Source of the DNA: a virus | IMG/VR virus record: IMGVR_UViG_2974645756_000001 | Location: 58,062 to 122,061 of that record | DNA: 64,000 nucleotides | Strand: one strand, 5' to 3' | In this document: one piece after another, positions 59,741-64,000 of the stretch | Layout: the number at the start of each line of letters is the position of its first letter | Position numbering within the stretch: position 1 is the stretch's first letter | Notes under the pieces: generated by a model | The model's input: the letters and a program-made list of their open reading frames with translations, nothing else | The model's database searches: none | Told to the model about the DNA's origin: nothing | Program-made: the position numbers and the translations under genes

Positions 59741-60853
59741 ATGAATATACAAGAAGTATTAAATAAGTCTCTTGAAGAGCGTAAAGAAATTTTCAACAAT
59801 GCTAAAGTAGCATATTATGAAACAGACTCACCAATAATGTCTGATTCTGATTATGATTTGTTAGAAGAGTCTATCATTACAGATTCACATGATGATATGT
59901 TTATTGGTGTTAATTCAAGACACAATAAAGCCGAACACAGAAATAAAATGTTATCATTAAAAAAGCATAACATTAATATTGATGGGTCTGATACAGATTC
60001 TGTATTACTTGAAGCATTCAATAAATTGGGTGGTGGTAGATACACATTAGGTTTATCAATGAAGTATGATGGATTGGCTGTTGATGTAGATTTTGAAAAC
60101 CGAACACTAAAACAAATTGCAACTCGTGGTGATGGTAGTATGGGAGTTAATAGAACAAATAAACTAAGACATATTATTGATAACGACCCATCTTGGCAAA
60201 TGTTATTTGATAAGTTTGTTACAGGTAATGTTCGTTGTGAGTGTATAGTTGATTACCCAACATTTGAAGAACATTATATAGATAGTGGTAAGAAACATCC
60301 ACGTAATGTAGCAAGTGGATTAGTTGGTGATGAGAATCTTGAAGCTGGTGTAGGTCATTTAAGATTGGTTGCGTTAGAGGGTATTGATTCTAGTGGCTTA
60401 ATTATCACATCAAGAACATTAGACATGTATTTGACTGATGTTAGAAATGAAATTAACAATATTGAAACATATGAAGACCTAAAACAAGTGTTCCAATCAT
60501 TTAAAGAACGTAGACAGGACTTCATAGAACCAACAGATGGTTTAGTACTTTCAAAGTCATCAACCAATATGGAATTTAAACATGATGGTAAGTATCCTGA
60601 ACATGCATTGTGTATTAAGTTCAGTTCACCAAACTTTAAAGCTACTGTTACTGATATTGAATGGAATTTACAAAAGACAGGTAGATATGTACCTAAGGTA
60701 TATTTCACACCAATTACCGTTGATGGTAGAGATATTGTAAAGGCTAGTGGACACAACCTAGATTGGTTAGTTAGAAATAACATCAAGGTTGGTAAAGAAA
60801 TTACTATACAATTATCAGGTGACATCATACCATATATTTTGACAGATGTATAA
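59741..60853 (+). CDS. ligA: NAD-dependent DNA ligase, short form (Ia + adenylation + OB)
   Basis: YY...PIMSDSDYD, MLSL, KYDG, TRGDG, HPRNVASG, DGLVL, ASGHN, SGDIIP. Confidence 0.9.
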   Translation: MNIQEVLNKSLEERKEIFNNAKVAYYETDSPIMSDSDYDLLEESIITDSHDDMFIGVNSRHNKAEHRNKMLSLKKHNINIDGSDTDSVLLEAFNKLGGGRYTLGLSMKYDGLAVDVDFENRTLKQIATRGDGSMGVNRTNKLRHIIDNDPSWQMLFDKFVTGNVRCECIVDYPTFEEHYIDSGKKHPRNVASGLVGDENLEAGVGHLRLVALEGIDSSGLIITSRTLDMYLTDVRNEINNIETYEDLKQVFQSFKERRQDFIEPTDGLVLSKSSTNMEFKHDGKYPEHALCIKFSSPNFKATVTDIEWNLQKTGRYVPKVYFTPITVDGRDIVKASGHNLDWLVRNNIKVGKEITIQLSGDIIPYILTDV

Positions 60854-61187
60854 CGATAAGCAACAATGGTATTTAAATAGCAGAGGACTCTTTACACTTG
60901 AACTAGGTAAAGAGTACTTTGTTACTCATAAGGCATCACCAAATATGGTAGTTCGTCTTAGATTAGTAAAGGTAACACCAAAAGGTTTTAATTTACTAAA
61001 TGTACTAACAGGTAAGTGTGTATTATATCCACATATTTACCCATATAAAAAGAATGATTCGTTTAATGGTTATGATAACCCTATGAAGTTTTGGTTAAAT
61101 AAAAATTGGCAATTTGTCAAAGTTACTGAAAAGAACGAACATATAGTAGTAACAACAAGTAAATATATAAGTAACAACTATGTTTAA
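60846..61187 (+). CDS. hypothetical protein
   Basis: 113-aa ORF. Confidence 0.6.
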   Translation: MYNDKQQWYLNSRGLFTLELGKEYFVTHKASPNMVVRLRLVKVTPKGFNLLNVLTGKCVLYPHIYPYKKNDSFNGYDNPMKFWLNKNWQFVKVTEKNEHIVVTTSKYISNNYV

Positions 61188-61602
61188 TTTATTCAAACGA
61201 AATAAGACAAAGGGTTTAAAAACTAACCTACTTAGAAAAATAAGGTCACATAAATTTAAATACTATCCTGAGGATAGATTGATTATTATATCTGATAAAA
61301 ATTACAATGAGGTTTTTAGATTAGAGAAAATAACCATACCAACAAACAAAAGAAACTATAGTTTCTCAGGACAATTACATGGTATTATCATTTATTTTGA
61401 TGATTATTATGATTTTATGAAATATATTTACTATTATATTTTATGTCCTAATACTGATATATTCGATATAGCAACCAGCTATTCTAGTACTAAAAAGTTA
61501 CATAATGTTGTACATAGATTATATCATTATAATAAGTACTATAAAAGGGTTAAGAAAGCATCAATAATAAATAATGAAACACCTAAGCGTTTATGGAAAT
61601 AA
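61180..61602 (+). CDS. hypothetical protein
   Basis: 140-aa ORF. Confidence 0.55.
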   Translation: MFNLFKRNKTKGLKTNLLRKIRSHKFKYYPEDRLIIISDKNYNEVFRLEKITIPTNKRNYSFSGQLHGIIIYFDDYYDFMKYIYYYILCPNTDIFDIATSYSSTKKLHNVVHRLYHYNKYYKRVKKASIINNETPKRLWK

Positions 61603-62632
61603 GTGCTAAAGAAATTAAATTGAGTGGTAGTGTTTTATACATACCAATATACTCTATGCGTGATAAAAAAACTGGGCAATATATTCCATCAATGGATGGT
61701 AATATAAACAGTATGCTACATAGATTATATAATAATAGACATGATGTAAATGAGGTGATGATTGCTATACCAAATATTAAGAAATTAAATATTGGTGAAC
61801 TTGAAAAACTCAGAAAATCTATTAAGTCTATTGGTATAAATAATGTTGATTATTTGCCGTTATCATGGTTATATGGTTCTAGTGTAGGTAATACAAGATT
61901 AAAGGCATTAGCATTTGAAGATAAATTCGATACGGAATATATAGAGCCTACCGTTACTGTTTGTGAATTACCAATTGATATTAAATCTAATACCAAGGTT
62001 TTTTATAATTATAATTGGAATGCTGTTGACAACACAAATGATTTATTAAATCTTAGTTTCAACGTGAGGTTGAGTTATCGAAGAAACATGATACATTTTT
62101 ATTCTCAGATATTCAATATAGATATTGGGCTAGTAGGATTAGTCAAATAAAGGACATTAAAAGTAAATTTTGGAGGTCTATCGACATTTATTCTAGTGAA
62201 TTATTTGAAGAAATATCACAAACAGAAATTGATAATTTCATGGATGGGATATCAAAAAAAGAACTTAACTTCTTTAATAATATATTACCGAAAGAAGATA
62301 TTGTATTTTATCCGATGAGGGTTGATGACCCTAGATATGACTTCAAATGCATATTGGATTATGTTGAAGAGAGTAATAAACTAATGGTTATAACAAACCC
62401 AACAAATATTGAAATAGAGTATAATCATCATATCATTGATTTATCTGATAGTGTTAATAAAAGAGGTTTATACTTTAAGATATTATCCAAGTTAAAATCA
62501 TCTGATAGAATCATACATGCGTGTGATGATGTACACATATCATTATTTGAACAATTATCTTTAAGTGAGGCTGATGTTACATTTAACGACACTATGCACA
62601 TTTTAGATATTGATACATATATAAAATCCTAG
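61593..62632 (+). CDS. putative DNA glycosyltransferase (RB69 ORF003c-like, recalled); one 1-nt indel near 62055
   Basis: the two track ORFs join with one added base (~346 aa); motifs IPIYSMR..DGN, YNYN, FYPMRVDDPRY.F, ITNPTN, YFKIL, H.SLFE. Confidence 0.55.
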
Positions 62633-62772
62633 ACCAAACTCTACTTAAATCCACGATACGAACCCCCGAAATAATGGATAAGTTTTAACCTTAAATATTA
62701 GCATATGATTAGTTTATGGGGGTTTACTAAATCTATGCAAATTTGTTCCACAACCTACTACGGGGAACTTCA

Positions 62773-62831
62773 AAACACACCGAATTTTTTCGGTGTGTTT
62801 CTTGTTTATATAATATTTTTGTTTATATTTG
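62773..62831 (+). promoter_or_regulatory. stem-loop plus TATATTTG promoter cassette
   Basis: AAACACACCGAA...TTCGGTGTGTTT, then TATATTTG at 62824..62831. Confidence 0.7.
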
Positions 62832-62851
62832 CAGTATCAAAATAATAACAG

Positions 62852-64000
62852 ATGAAGAAACCACACATTATTATATTAGCTTGCGGTAAGGCAACAAGAC
62901 TATTACCGATACACAATAATAACTACCCAAAGTTATTATGTAATGCAGGTACTAAAACAATAATGGAACGTATTTTAGAATCACAACCAATTTATAGAAA
63001 AAGAACTATTGTTGTAAATAATAAACAATATTATATGCAATTATTAACTTATTTAAAGTTGATTGGTATTGATGATGTGAATGTTGTTTGTTTAAAAGAT
63101 GGTGGTACAAGTACACACGATGACTTGAAGTTATTCATCCAAGGTGAATCCGAACATGATTTTGATGATGTAATTCTTACATGGTCTGATATAATGCCAA
63201 AAAAGATATATGATTTGCGTGGTGTGAACTTTAAAAATAATGTTATATTCACAGACACTAATCCAAGACATAGATACAATGCATCAAACAATACAATAGA
63301 GCATAGACCTTTACAAGATGGTAATGTTGTTGGGTTATATTTTATAAAGAACTTATTAGATTTTATAAATCCTAATGATTATCCATATGGGTTGGATGTT
63401 ATTGATATTTTCAAAGACCGTGATTTTGATACAATTGAAGTTCCTTTCCATGACCTTGGTGATGTTGATAAGTATACCGAATTTATATCACATGAGGACA
63501 TTTCAGCACGTTTCTTTAATAAATTGACCATATACCCTAATGAAGTGTTAAAGTGCGCTAAAAATGATATGGGTAAGTCTATAATCAACCGTGAGGGTGA
63601 TTATTATGAGCATATAAAAGGTACGCAAGCAGGTGAAGTATTCCCTGAACTAATTGAACGTGATTCGGATTATGCAATAATGTTAAAGCGTGTATTAGGT
63701 CATACTATTTATGATTATATTTTATGGTATGGTGATGTTAATCACAAAGATTATGAACTAGCGCATAGGTTAATTGGTATGTTTAAAAATAACATTGATA
63801 AACTACACAACAGTAGTTCACATTCATTAACAAAAGAAGAAATAACATCAGCAACAGGTATTGAATATTATGCTAGTGTTATTGAGAGGTTAAAAAAGGT
63901 TAATAATTTAATACCAAATGTTACAAATGTTAATGGTATTGATGTTAGTTTTGCGGAAGTTGTTTACCATATTCTACCTGAATTAAGAACTAGATTATGT
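62852..64000 (+). CDS. sugar-phosphate nucleotidyltransferase fused to a kinase-like domain (3' end outside the window)
   Basis: IILACGKATRLLPI...PKLL signature, TWSD, DLGD, then RFFNKL...E..YY...FPEL kinase-like region; open to the window end. Confidence 0.75.
   Translation, partial: MKKPHIIILACGKATRLLPIHNNNYPKLLCNAGTKTIMERILESQPIYRKRTIVVNNKQYYMQLLTYLKLIGIDDVNVVCLKDGGTSTHDDLKLFIQGESEHDFDDVILTWSDIMPKKIYDLRGVNFKNNVIFTDTNPRHRYNASNNTIEHRPLQDGNVVGLYFIKNLLDFINPNDYPYGLDVIDIFKDRDFDTIEVPFHDLGDVDKYTEFISHEDISARFFNKLTIYPNEVLKCAKNDMGKSIINREGDYYEHIKGTQAGEVFPELIERDSDYAIMLKRVLGHTIYDYILWYGDVNHKDYELAHRLIGMFKNNIDKLHNSSSHSLTKEEITSATGIEYYASVIERLKKVNNLIPNVTNVNGIDVSFAEVVYHILPELRTRLC

Noticed and set aside
985-63588. 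Many minus-strand ORFs in the track (e.g. 2839..3432, 3685..4191, 30400..31014, 60355..60828)
   Set aside because: Antisense shadows of well-supported + strand genes, Ser/Leu/Phe-rich and without promoters
1-64000. Stop-codon reassignment (TAG or TGA), as in Lak and some crAss-like phages
   Set aside because: Long genes are intact in code 11, TAG ends real genes (4960, 59007), and the breaks are frame changes rather than in-frame stops

Overview
The window looks like part of a very AT-rich, T4-related jumbo phage genome that infects a Bacteroidota host. Nearly all genes lie on the + strand. Many carry the Bacteroidota sigma-A -7 promoter element TAnnTTTG, and leaders are A-rich without Shine-Dalgarno motifs. 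Recognisable genes include a single-chain Mre11/SbcD-Rad50/SbcC fusion, an N6-methyltransferase-SNF2 helicase, a free-standing HNH-type endonuclease, thioredoxin, a PAPS-reductase-family protein and two MazG-type pyrophosphatases. There is also a 1336-aa AEP primase-SF2 helicase, a DinG helicase, NAMPT, a PD-(D/E)XK exonuclease, two P-loop kinases, a miniature PolB-like protein, an RlaP-like nucleotidyltransferase, a LemA-like membrane pair and a short NAD-dependent ligase. At the right edge a putative DNA glycosyltransferase and an NTP-transferase/kinase fusion resemble, from memory, the arabinosylation genes of RB69-type phages. The non-coding DNA shows three separable promoter-like classes, stem-loop+promoter cassettes, a repeated covarying leader-hairpin motif and a ~175-nt candidate structured RNA. 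About 15 genes are broken by single-base indels, most likely consensus errors; repaired coordinates are given. I saw no tRNA, rRNA, CRISPR array or transposase. All family calls come from motif reading and recall, not from database searches.
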